Virus record (IMG/VR): IMGVR_UViG_3300034355_001150
Coordinates: 1 to 64,000 of that record
Length of the DNA stretch: 64,000 bases
Direction: 5' to 3' (one strand)
From: a virus
The stretch's first letter is position 1, and each line of letters starts with the position of its first letter. This document shows, piece after piece, positions 8,702-16,532 of this stretch. The translations under genes were made by a program, and so were the position numbers. Under the pieces are notes generated by a model. It searched no databases and was not told the DNA's origin. It saw only the letters and a list, made by a program, of their open reading frames with translations.

Positions 8702-10717
8702 TTACAAGCGTCCTACGACAACCTCAATAACACCGAGATCGCCATCAAAATTTTCAAGAGCTTTGCCGATAACCGATCCTATTTTTGGATCAATTGATGC
8801 CTTGGCTCTACCGTTGCCGGCTGATACCATCATATCGCCCTTTTTAACTGAACCTTCTACCAATGTGGGCACACGTCCTGTTAATGCAACAGAAACTATA
8901 AACTTACCTTCAGCATTTGCATTCATGAGATATGAAGGAGCAGTTGATACTACGCCAGCTACCGTTACGTCATCTTCACGATCACTGACAGTAACCTCAT
9001 ATTCGCCACCAAAACATAATACCGTTCCGGGAACATAATGCTCATCCGCTACATAATTTTCAGCTAAGTCGCTATAAACAGCCGATGTACTTACTGCGAA
9101 TACTCTGTTGTAATAATTTGAAACTGAACCAATATTACCCACTCCACTCGCATTTGGGTTAATCAGATTGCCAGTAACAACATTGCCACTAACAATCAGA
9201 TTGCCGGTAACACCAACATCAGCCGATGTTTCACTAACAACAACACTAGCATTACCACTGCTATTATACAGTCCAGTTTTTGATACTACCGTAAACTGTC
9301 TGACCTCAATGATGTCACCCAAATTAGGCGCTTGATTGAATATCAATGATGTTCCAGCTACTGTATAGGCTTGTGATGGTACTTGAACTACGCCATTGAT
9401 GGATACTATACAGCTATTTGCAGTATGAGTGTCTGGTAGAATGAACAGTGTTTGATTGCCAGTACCCGTGTAACTATTAGTTGCAATTTGTGTGCCAGGA
9501 TAACAACGAACATTGATTAAATCACCAACATAAGGCGGGAACACAAACTCAATGACATCATTTCTGATAGTGTAAGCCAAACCAGGATTCTGAATAACAC
9601 CATTAATTGTAACCAAGCTGCTTTCTGTTGTTTGAGAAGTTGATAGAACAAACGTACTATCGGAGCCATTTCCCACAAATGAATCACTTACAATTTCAGC
9701 AGTAATTACGCCTCGTACATCAATCACATCTCCGTATTCAGGTGCCTCTCCAATAAATGTCAGAATATTCATGTTAACATTGTAGGCATCCATTGGCATC
9801 TGCATGATACCGTTGATTGTTACAATGCAGCTATTGGTAGTTTGATTTGTATCTAAAAAGAACGACATTGAATATCCATCACCAACAAACTGTTGATCTG
9901 TGATGATAGTAAAATTGGAAGCATACATTTCTACCCAAAATGCACCATTGTATACCTCAAGGGTAGCCGTGGTTTCATTGAATCTGAGCATACCCATTCG
10001 CGGATATACTGGTCGCTGAAGCGTGTTGCCAACGGGCAACAACATCGAATCGGTCGCATTTACGGCAAACGTGGCACCCAATGTTTGAACATTACTACCC
10101 ACAGAAACGGTATTCGTTTGTCCATTGACAAATAACACATTAGCATTGCCGCCATTTACTGAAAAATCACTGATATAATTACCAGAATTGATATTGACTA
10201 CACGAGTATCACTGGTAATTACATCGTTATAGATGATAATATTACCAAAATCACCACGATTGCTGAAAACAGTGTCGGCTGCACTGATGTTTCCACCAGC
10301 GAAAATGTCGTTGGTTGTTGTGATATTGTTTTTTACTTCAATTCCAGACTGAGTAACGACCAAAACATCTGGGACATTGTTCACCATGAAGCGAACATTC
10401 CCATTGTAGTTTGATATCTCTACTTTGGAATTACCGTTGACTATATCCGTAACAGATACATTGCTTGTTTGAGAAATTCTTGCCCAAATTAAACTACTGC
10501 CATCAAAATCGTTGTAACAATAATAAAAATAATCTGGATCATATGCGTACATTCCAGCGGAATCACCCGATTGTCCCACCAAAGTAAGTGGGGGAAACGG
10601 TTGCGCTTGTGCATAAAGTTCAGTGAAATTATTGTTACACTTAATGAACGCGGTTCGCAGTGGATCACCATTGCCTGAGTTGGGAGTCGTCCCAACGTTA
10701 ATATATTCTTGAGTCAT
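8702..10717 (-). CDS. Baseplate/fibre protein: T4 gp9/gp10-like N-terminus and C-terminal autocleaving intramolecular-chaperone-like domain
   Basis: INVGTTPNSGNGDPLRTAFIKCNNNFTELY; three GxG..F.L...V.INGVxQxP..AY repeats; C-terminal DLAENY...VALTGRVP...GDMMVS...IGKALE. Confidence 0.8.
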   Translation of the reverse strand: MTQEYINVGTTPNSGNGDPLRTAFIKCNNNFTELYAQAQPFPPLTLVGQSGDSAGMYAYDPDYFYYCYNDFDGSSLIWARISQTSNVSVTDIVNGNSKVEISNYNGNVRFMVNNVPDVLVVTQSGIEVKNNITTTNDIFAGGNISAADTVFSNRGDFGNIIIYNDVITSDTRVVNINSGNYISDFSVNGGNANVLFVNGQTNTVSVGSNVQTLGATFAVNATDSMLLPVGNTLQRPVYPRMGMLRFNETTATLEVYNGAFWVEMYASNFTIITDQQFVGDGYSMSFFLDTNQTTNSCIVTINGIMQMPMDAYNVNMNILTFIGEAPEYGDVIDVRGVITAEIVSDSFVGNGSDSTFVLSTSQTTESSLVTINGVIQNPGLAYTIRNDVIEFVFPPYVGDLINVRCYPGTQIATNSYTGTGNQTLFILPDTHTANSCIVSINGVVQVPSQAYTVAGTSLIFNQAPNLGDIIEVRQFTVVSKTGLYNSSGNASVVVSETSADVGVTGNLIVSGNVVTGNLINPNASGVGNIGSVSNYYNRVFAVSTSAVYSDLAENYVADEHYVPGTVLCFGGEYEVTVSDREDDVTVAGVVSTAPSYLMNANAEGKFIVSVALTGRVPTLVEGSVKKGDMMVSAGNGRAKASIDPKIGSVIGKALENFDGDLGVIEVVVGRL

Positions 10718-10738
10718 AATTAAAAATCTCCGATTGTG

Positions 10739-10746
10739 TATTTATC
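10739..10746 (-). promoter_or_regulatory. T4-like late promoter
   Basis: GATAAATA upstream of GGAG SD and the 10717 start. Confidence 0.7.
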
Positions 10747-10766
10747 TGAGATTAAAAATCGCCAAA

Positions 10767-10985
10767 TCAGAGTCGTCTTGTGATTCTTCCTCTGGTTAAA
10801 TCATAAGGTGAAAATTCAATTGTGACTGTATCGCCGATAACCACTTTGATATTGGCTTGGCGCATTTTTCCAGATAATGTTCCCAAAACTAAATCAGGAA
10901 AATTTTCTATTTTAATGCGATAGGTTGTGTTTCTTAAAACTTCAACGACTGTGCCGTCAAGTTTTATAGTATCTTCTTTTGAAAT
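10767..10985 (-). CDS. infA: Translation initiation factor IF-1 with non-canonical ATT start (absent from the ORF track)
   Basis: Manual translation: (M)SKEDTIKLDGTVVEVLRNTTYRIKIENFPDLVLGTLSGKMRQANIKVVIGDTVTIEFSPYDLTRGRITRRL, 72 aa; TAGGAGGT SD 5 nt before ATT. Confidence 0.92.
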   Translation of the reverse strand: MSKEDTIKLDGTVVEVLRNTTYRIKIENFPDLVLGTLSGKMRQANIKVVIGDTVTIEFSPYDLTRGRITRRL

Positions 10986-11009
10986 GGTGAACCTCCTAAA
11001 TTCATTAGT

Positions 11010-11017
11010 TATTTATT
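11010..11017 (-). promoter_or_regulatory. Late promoter for infA
   Basis: AATAAATA; further GATAAATA copies at 11070-11077 and 11163-11170. Confidence 0.55.
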
Positions 11018-11171
11018 ACGTCAATATCAATACATCGTACTTGAATGCGCAAATACGGTCGGTGTAATTTATTTATCGTTTAAGGAGTACAAGGATGTAC
11101 GACGACCCCCAAACGCATATTCGGCGAGTTATTGTGTAGCAAGACGTTTTGGAGCATAGAGGTATTTATCC

Positions 11172-12055
11172 CCGCCGTTTCTCAGATAAAAACACTTGAC
11201 TTCTTGGTCGAGTAAATACATTATGTTGATTAATAAATCATACAAAATTAGAGCATATCCCACATACGAGCAAAAAACTGGGAGTAAAAACCTTAGCGGT
11301 TTACTCAACGGGCGAGCAAGTGAAAGCACATCAAGCACTGAAGAAGTTGCAACGTCGGCTCAAGCACTTGCAGAGATGTTTAAGTCGTAAAGTTGGCAGT
11401 AAAAAAGGTCAAGTAAAATCAAATAGATACAAAAAGCAACAAGCACGAGTAAACCGGGTTCACTGTCGGATATCCGACTCTCGTCGTGATAGCCAACACA
11501 AATTAACGCATGATTTAACTAGCAGATTTGGTGTTATTTGTCTTGAGGACTTGAACGTCAAAGGCATGATGACTCGTGCCAAGAGCAAAAATGTTGCTCA
11601 AAAGCGAGGATTAAATAGAGGCATTGCTAATGCTGGCTTTGGTGAAATACGTCGGCAAATAGAATACAAAGCCAAATGGCGTGGTCGATTGGTGTACTAT
11701 GCGGACAGATGGGCACCAACAAGTCGGACTTGCAATGAATGTGGCACTTATCAACAAGAATTTAATTTATCCATGCGTGAATGGACGTGTCCAGATTGCG
11801 GCACACATCACGATAGAGATTTGAACGCGGCAAAGAATATTGTTGTGTTCGCTACGGGGCTTGCTCCGGAAGCTATGGTCGGGCAGACCAAAAGTAATGC
11901 ACGTGGAGGTATAAAAAGACTCAATGCCAGTAGTAATAAAATTACTACTACTGGAACAATTGAGATATCTATGAAGCGTGAACCCAAGAAGTCTTATCAA
12001 ATCAACGAGGTCTTACCGAACGAGGTAGGACACCAAGTGAAGGTATGACAGGCGG
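11172..12055 (+). mobile_element. Non-autonomous IS607/IS200-IS605-type TnpB element, internally deleted, no tnpA
   Basis: tnpB remnant; ends CCGCC...GGCGG; removing it restores an in-frame stop for rlpA. Confidence 0.7.
11223..12048 (+). pseudogene. tnpB: tnpB pseudogene
   Basis: MLINKSYKIRAYPT (HTH_OrfB start) joined out of frame to LGVKTLAV (RuvC-I with the Asp lost); ICLEDL, TSRTC..C/WTCPDC zinc ribbon and DRDLNAAKNI intact. Confidence 0.85.
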
Positions 12056-12075
12056 GGATGCCAATTGGCTTAAAA
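11850..12075 (+). ncRNA. Putative TnpB omegaRNA (right-end RNA) plus flank-derived guide
   Basis: GCACGTGGAGG...CTATGAAGCGTGAA long-range pairing typical of tnpB 3' ends, with internal hairpin CCAGTAGTAA/TTACTACTACTGG. Confidence 0.5.
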
Positions 12076-12544
12076 CTACGATTTCCACCGGTGCAACTCC
12101 TGATATTCCGATGGCACTGGCAGCGCCTTTACTCAAGTCAATGATTCGCGACTTAACGTATGGTCCACGGTCATTGACTGTTACAACAACAGATGAACCG
12201 TTTTTCATATTAGTTACTTTAAGCCGAGTTCCAAAGGGCAGAGTTTTATGTGCCGCAGTTAATGCGTGTTGATTGAATCGCTCACCGGAAGCGGTCTTAT
12301 GTCCATGAAATCCCGGACCATACCACGAACTTAGTCCCCTAAACGATGAATGTTTGGTAGACCTTTTTCGTTCCTTTTTGATTTCATGACGATCTTTAGC
12401 GACATTGATATTGGATTTATACTTATTCGCTTCCTTATAATACGAAGGTGACGAATAGGTATCCCAATGTTTATACACATTAGCATCAGCGGTGGATGTA
12501 AAAATAACAGCCACGAGAGCCAATAATTGATTTAGATTTTTCAT
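12002..12544 (-). CDS. rlpA: RlpA-like (DPBB) lytic transglycosylase with signal peptide; C-terminus extended by the IS insertion
   Basis: [18 protein letters not shown]...[10 protein letters not shown]...VNDRGPY...IIDLS; start 12544 after GGAG. Confidence 0.9.
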   Translation of the reverse strand: MKNLNQLLALVAVIFTSTADANVYKHWDTYSSPSYYKEANKYKSNINVAKDRHEIKKERKRSTKHSSFRGLSSWYGPGFHGHKTASGERFNQHALTAAHKTLPFGTRLKVTNMKNGSSVVVTVNDRGPYVKSRIIDLSKGAASAIGISGVAPVEIVVLSQLASPPVIPSLGVLPRSVRPR

Positions 12545-12820
12545 AACATTTCTCCATCGGCAGACAGGCCGTTCTGCGGGCATTTAATTCATTGATATCA
12601 ATGAATCACATCGACGGATAGACAAGGAAAGATATACTGGATATGATAACTGGCTTGGACCACGGGCCTCTATTGCCTACTCTCCTTGACGAAACTTTTT
12701 TGGCTGCATTGCTTTGGAGCCTCACGATTCGTAATTCTAGTGTCAATGGAGGACACCCGAGTCCTCGGTTTAACGAACTCATCTGAGTTTCAGATGACTT
12801 TGTGACAGAGTGTCACAAAA
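12545..12820 (-). ncRNA. Structured ~275-nt late leader / sRNA candidate upstream of rlpA
   Basis: Starts after GATAAATA (12822-12829); hairpins TTTGTGACA/TGTCACAAA, TCATCTGA/TCAGATGA, GAGGAC/GTCCTC, ATTCATTGA/TCAATGAAT, GCAGA/TCTGC. Confidence 0.55.
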
Positions 12821-13129
12821 CTATTTATCTGTGGATAAAATTTCCCAGACTTTATTATAACTTTCTAACTCTTTTTCAAGTTTTCTATACTTCTCGCCCA
12901 ATTCTTGAAGTTCCTCCCATTGAGCTTCAAGTTCTTTGTTGGGTGCAAGAATATTTAATCTTTGTTCTATTTTTTGCAAGGTTTCTCTTAACGATATGCC
13001 ATTGATGTTTACATCGCTAACATTGATTGTCGATAAATTGTTACAATTTATCGACGATGGAGAAGAACTCGTTGACAGCACTCCGGCACTCAGAGTACTA
13101 CCAGTTATAGTGCAGCTTGAGTTATTCAT
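12821..13129 (-). CDS. Hypothetical coiled-coil phage protein
   Basis: INGISLRETLQKIEQRLNILAPNKELEAQWEELQELGEKY; start 13129 overlaps the upstream gene end. Confidence 0.7.
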   Translation of the reverse strand: MNNSSCTITGSTLSAGVLSTSSSPSSINCNNLSTINVSDVNINGISLRETLQKIEQRLNILAPNKELEAQWEELQELGEKYRKLEKELESYNKVWEILSTDK

Positions 13130-13319
13130 TTTGTTCTGCTTTTCGTAAAATGATTGAATCTGATTCATCATCCTGAATCCATTCAAGAATGTCGCCCTCA
13201 TTGAATCCAGATAATTGACACATTTCTTCAGTTAGTTGAATGTAACACTCGCCGGTTTCTGTGTCTTCTTGAACATCCAATTCGTATGTGATAATCTTTT
13301 TTTCTGGCAATTGATTCAT
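13122..13319 (-). CDS. AbrB/MazE-like swapped-hairpin DNA-binding protein
   Basis: GECYIQLTEEMCQLSGFNEGDILEW...IILRK pattern. Confidence 0.7.
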   Translation of the reverse strand: MNQLPEKKIITYELDVQEDTETGECYIQLTEEMCQLSGFNEGDILEWIQDDESDSIILRKAEQNE

Positions 13320-13329
13320 TTTATTCTCT

Positions 13330-13362
13330 AAAAATTGGGGCCTGAGTTTAATTCAAGCCCCG
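13330..13362 (-). terminator. Intrinsic terminator after the Hc1-like gene
   Basis: GGGGCTTGAA...TCAGGCCCC hairpin followed by a T-run on the minus strand. Confidence 0.55.
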
Positions 13363-13368
13363 ATATTA

Positions 13369-13557
13369 TCACTCAGCCGCTGAGAGGGCTTCCTTTTCCA
13401 GAGTAATTTCCTTGCGGCGTTCCTTCAGTGCCTTACTCAGTTCTTGGAGTGCCTTGCGAGCGCGTGAAGCAGAAACTTTCACGCCCTTCTCAGTGAATCT
13501 TGCATTTTCTGCAAGATAAGTTTCATATGCGGCTACGATAGATTCATGATTTGTCAT
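13369..13557 (-). CDS. Histone H1-like Hc1-family nucleoid protein
   Basis: ENARFTEKGVKVSASRARKALQELSKALKERRKEI motif; start 13557 after AGGA. Confidence 0.75.
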   Translation of the reverse strand: MTNHESIVAAYETYLAENARFTEKGVKVSASRARKALQELSKALKERRKEITLEKEALSAAE

Positions 13558-13606
13558 ATTTTTCCTATAGGTTGTAAACGTCCTGAATATGTCAGGACGA
13601 ATATAA

Positions 13607-13966
13607 TTATGCTGGCTCGTAATCACTGTCAATTTTTTCCTTGCGTGAACGAATGTCCTTCAGTGTGATATTCTTCACCTTGGGTTTTGGTCCACGTTTT
13701 TTTGGAACATAATTTAGCTTTTCATTGATTTCATCAATCCTATAATCAATGGCTTCTAAAGCATCACCGGTAAAATCTTGAGTTTTAAGATACTCTAGAC
13801 CTTCGGCTTTAGTCATGGGATATGGCAGTTCGAGCAAGTTAATATTGGTAAATCCTTGTTTTACCATCATTTTTACTCGACCTACCAAATTATCTGTCCA
13901 GCGAACCTTAGTAACACCATCAGTTCCAGTGGCAGTGCCAGCTACAGTGTATTTACGATCAGTCAT
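13607..13966 (-). CDS. Hypothetical phage protein with basic KKRGPKPK tail
   Basis: GAGGA SD; early operon. Confidence 0.8.
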   Translation of the reverse strand: MTDRKYTVAGTATGTDGVTKVRWTDNLVGRVKMMVKQGFTNINLLELPYPMTKAEGLEYLKTQDFTGDALEAIDYRIDEINEKLNYVPKKRGPKPKVKNITLKDIRSRKEKIDSDYEPA

Positions 13967-13978
13967 TGTATTGTCCTC

Positions 13979-14068
13979 TTATTTGCTTTCTCTGCGAGCG
14001 ATTTCAGCTTCAAGTGCTGCAATATAAGCAGTCAGTTCTTCGATGGTCATTACATTTACGTCTTGCAT
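13979..14068 (-). CDS. 29-aa coiled-coil peptide (DUF1192-like), not in the ORF track
   Basis: MQDVNVMTIEELTAYIAALEAEIARRESK; AAGGAG SD directly after an early promoter. Confidence 0.65.
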   Translation of the reverse strand: MQDVNVMTIEELTAYIAALEAEIARRESK

Positions 14069-14095
14069 GGTTAGCTCCTTTTGGTTAAAAACGAT

Positions 14096-14123
14096 ATTAT
14101 ACACGATTAAAATTCATTGTCAA
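14096..14123 (-). promoter_or_regulatory. Early promoter
   Basis: TTGACA-N16-TATAAT. Confidence 0.8.
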
Positions 14124-14326
14124 CAGGCTTCTGCTGAAATACCAGCCACGTGTCGTATTGCTCGCTCTGCACGTTCAACAGAGCGAGAATAATTCTCTTT
14201 AGCATACAAAGCCTTGGCATCATCAAGGCAGATTTTAGACGATTCATTAAATGGAAAATTATTCATCATCCTTTCGGCAGTGAGGATTACTTTGTCCGCG
14301 AGTTGCTTGGTCATGATCGGTCTCAT
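14120..14326 (-). CDS. Hypothetical early protein
   Basis: ORF directly after the early promoter at 14346-14373. Confidence 0.6.
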   Translation of the reverse strand: MRPIMTKQLADKVILTAERMMNNFPFNESSKICLDDAKALYAKENYSRSVERAERAIRHVAGISAEAC

Positions 14327-14345
14327 TGTTGGTTAATACGAAAGT

Positions 14346-14373
14346 ATTATACAGAAAAAATTTAGGATGTCAA
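14346..14373 (-). promoter_or_regulatory. Early promoter
   Basis: TTGACA-N16-TATAAT. Confidence 0.8.
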
Positions 14374-14376
14374 CAC

Positions 14377-14703
14377 TTAATTTAACATATCTCTAACAAT
14401 TTCTTCATCACCATCTTCAATAGAAATGATGTTGTTCGGAAATCTTTCTAAGAAATTTTCCTCAATTTCCGTTTTGTTTCTGCCAGAACACACGTACTCC
14501 ATGGTATTTTCACGGTAAAGGAAAAAAGTGTCCTCGTATTTTTCTACCTTCACTCTGATCACAGAGTTTTCAAAACTCTCAATCAATTCTCGATGCCATC
14601 GGTCAACAGTCATGTCAATTTCCTTGAACCTTCTTCTGATTCCATAAACTTTCCACATTGCGATTAGGATGGAACTCAGCAACAATGCTGTCATTAAATT
14701 CAT
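14377..14703 (-). CDS. Hypothetical protein with N-terminal membrane anchor
   Basis: GAGGA SD; hydrophobic N-terminus; promoter TTGACA-N17-TAAGAT at 14739-14767. Confidence 0.75.
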   Translation of the reverse strand: MNLMTALLLSSILIAMWKVYGIRRRFKEIDMTVDRWHRELIESFENSVIRVKVEKYEDTFFLYRENTMEYVCSGRNKTEIEENFLERFPNNIISIEDGDEEIVRDMLN

Positions 14704-14788
14704 ACACTTATCCTCGGTTGATGTTGAACAAGATGCGTATCTTACATGGTCTTGACCGAGATGTCAACATCTTTTTTTCAAAAATTTT

Positions 14789-14796
14789 TATAAATA
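14789..14796 (+). promoter_or_regulatory. T4-consensus late promoter, probably giving a leaderless transcript
   Basis: TATAAATA 6 nt before ATG 14803, no SD. Confidence 0.75.
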
Positions 14797-14802
14797 TGTT
14801 TT

Positions 14803-16458
14803 ATGGCATACCAACTTCAACTTCGCAGAGACACATCCGTAAATTGGTCAAGCATTGATCCTATCTTGGCTCAAGGTGAGCCAGGTTATGAACTTGATAC
14901 GGGAAAAATCAAATACGGCGATGGCGTCACGCTATGGTCGGCGTTGCCATATTTTACCGGAGGTGGCTCGGGTGGCAATACCACGCCGGGTGGCCCAATA
15001 AATTCTGTTCAGTTTAATGCCAATGGTTCATTTAGTGGCTCATCGCTGTTAACAATTGATATTGGCAATTCAAATGTCGTATCTACTGGAACAATAGTAT
15101 CCCAATATTTCGTAGGTGATGGTAGCCAGCTTTCAAATATACCTACGCCAAATTTAAGCAGTGTATCCAACGATATTATACCATCTGCCAATGTAACATA
15201 TTCATTGGGGAATGCAACCAACCAATGGAAAGAATTATGGGTTAGTGGCAACACGATTTATTTGGGTGGATTGCCTTTATCAAAGAATGCCAATGGCAAT
15301 ATAACCTACGATGATCAGGAATTGATTGCTCAATCAAATACTGGCAATACAAATATATCCAATTTAACCAGTGAAGATGCAAATATAACCAATTTAACGA
15401 GCGAAGATGCAAATATAACCAATATCGTTTCGGATTCTATATCAAGTCAAAACATTATTGGTGCATTTATCGCTGGTGATGGCAGTAATATCACCAACAT
15501 TAGCTATAATAACATCATTGGTGCTTATGCCAATGTCAATGTTGCCGCATATCTACCAAATAATACGTCGAATGTAGCTGCTGCGTATTTTATCGGAGAT
15601 GGTAGTCAATTAACCAATTTACCCGTATTGGATAATTACTCCAATGCGAATGTTGCCGCATATTTACCTACGTACACGGGTGATATTACTGCTCAAATTG
15701 TCACAGCATCGTACTTTTACGGCGATGGGAGTAACATCACTGGATTACCGGATGCATACTCAAATGCAAATGTTGCTGCATATCTGCCAAACAATACGTC
15801 AAATGTAGCTGCTGCTTATTTTATCGGTGATGGTAGTCAATTAACCAATTTACCCGTATTGGATAATTACTCAAATGCAAATGTTGCTGCATATCTACCA
15901 ACCTATACAGGGAATTTAGTCGGATTAACCGGCCAAGTAGTAACAACAGCGAATATAACAGGAAATTACATTTTAGGCAATGCTGCATTCATGACCGGCA
16001 TCGAGATGGCGATTGGATCATACTCAAATGCAAATGTCAATAGTTATTTGCCCATTTATAATGGTAATATTTCCGCTGATATTATCACAACAAATTCCAT
16101 AAATTCAGAAATCGTTCAATTTGGAAATGCTAACGCCAATATCTGCACTCAGTCTTGGCTAACGGCACAATCATCCAGCTTATCTAATGTAATATTATAT
16201 CAAGTTCCCGCATCCGATGTTGCAAGCATTGATTTTAATATTATCGCAACTTCTAATAACAATAGGCAGGTATGTAAACTTATAACCGTAGTGATAAATA
16301 CTTCGTTCGAATACTCCGAGTATGGTTCATTAAATATAGGCCCATTGCTTGGAAATTTCACAATTGATCTCGTAGGTGGCAACCTGCTATTAAATGTTGA
16401 ACCATTTACGAACAATGCAATTGATTATACAGTAGTTTTCACCACCTATAATAGCTAG
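14803..16458 (+). CDS. Tail fibre protein with Mtd_N-like N-terminal domain
   Basis: QLQLRRDT..NW...DPILAQGEPGYELDTGKIKYGDG..W..LPY; YSNANVAAYLP and GDGS repeats. Confidence 0.85.
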   Translation: MAYQLQLRRDTSVNWSSIDPILAQGEPGYELDTGKIKYGDGVTLWSALPYFTGGGSGGNTTPGGPINSVQFNANGSFSGSSLLTIDIGNSNVVSTGTIVSQYFVGDGSQLSNIPTPNLSSVSNDIIPSANVTYSLGNATNQWKELWVSGNTIYLGGLPLSKNANGNITYDDQELIAQSNTGNTNISNLTSEDANITNLTSEDANITNIVSDSISSQNIIGAFIAGDGSNITNISYNNIIGAYANVNVAAYLPNNTSNVAAAYFIGDGSQLTNLPVLDNYSNANVAAYLPTYTGDITAQIVTASYFYGDGSNITGLPDAYSNANVAAYLPNNTSNVAAAYFIGDGSQLTNLPVLDNYSNANVAAYLPTYTGNLVGLTGQVVTTANITGNYILGNAAFMTGIEMAIGSYSNANVNSYLPIYNGNISADIITTNSINSEIVQFGNANANICTQSWLTAQSSSLSNVILYQVPASDVASIDFNIIATSNNNRQVCKLITVVINTSFEYSEYGSLNIGPLLGNFTIDLVGGNLLLNVEPFTNNAIDYTVVFTTYNS

Positions 16459-16532
16459 GTAGTGAATCGCGTGTTGTCAAAAACCCTTATACCGATTTTT
16501 CGGTATTGTTAATTACTCATGAGGAAATACAA

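Noticed and set aside
11095-11139. 14-aa plus-strand ORF after AAGGAG
   Set aside because: Too short, no clear promoter, and it lies within a paired region; not supportable from sequence alone.
11320-12048. Functional TnpB/Cas12f or domesticated TldR repressor
   Set aside because: An internal deletion with frameshift removes the recognition lobe and RuvC-I Asp, so an RNA-guided protein is unlikely.
12545-12820. c-di-AMP (ydaO) riboswitch upstream of a wall hydrolase
   Set aside because: The context fits but the consensus GCTGAATCC...CAGCTAACC elements are absent.
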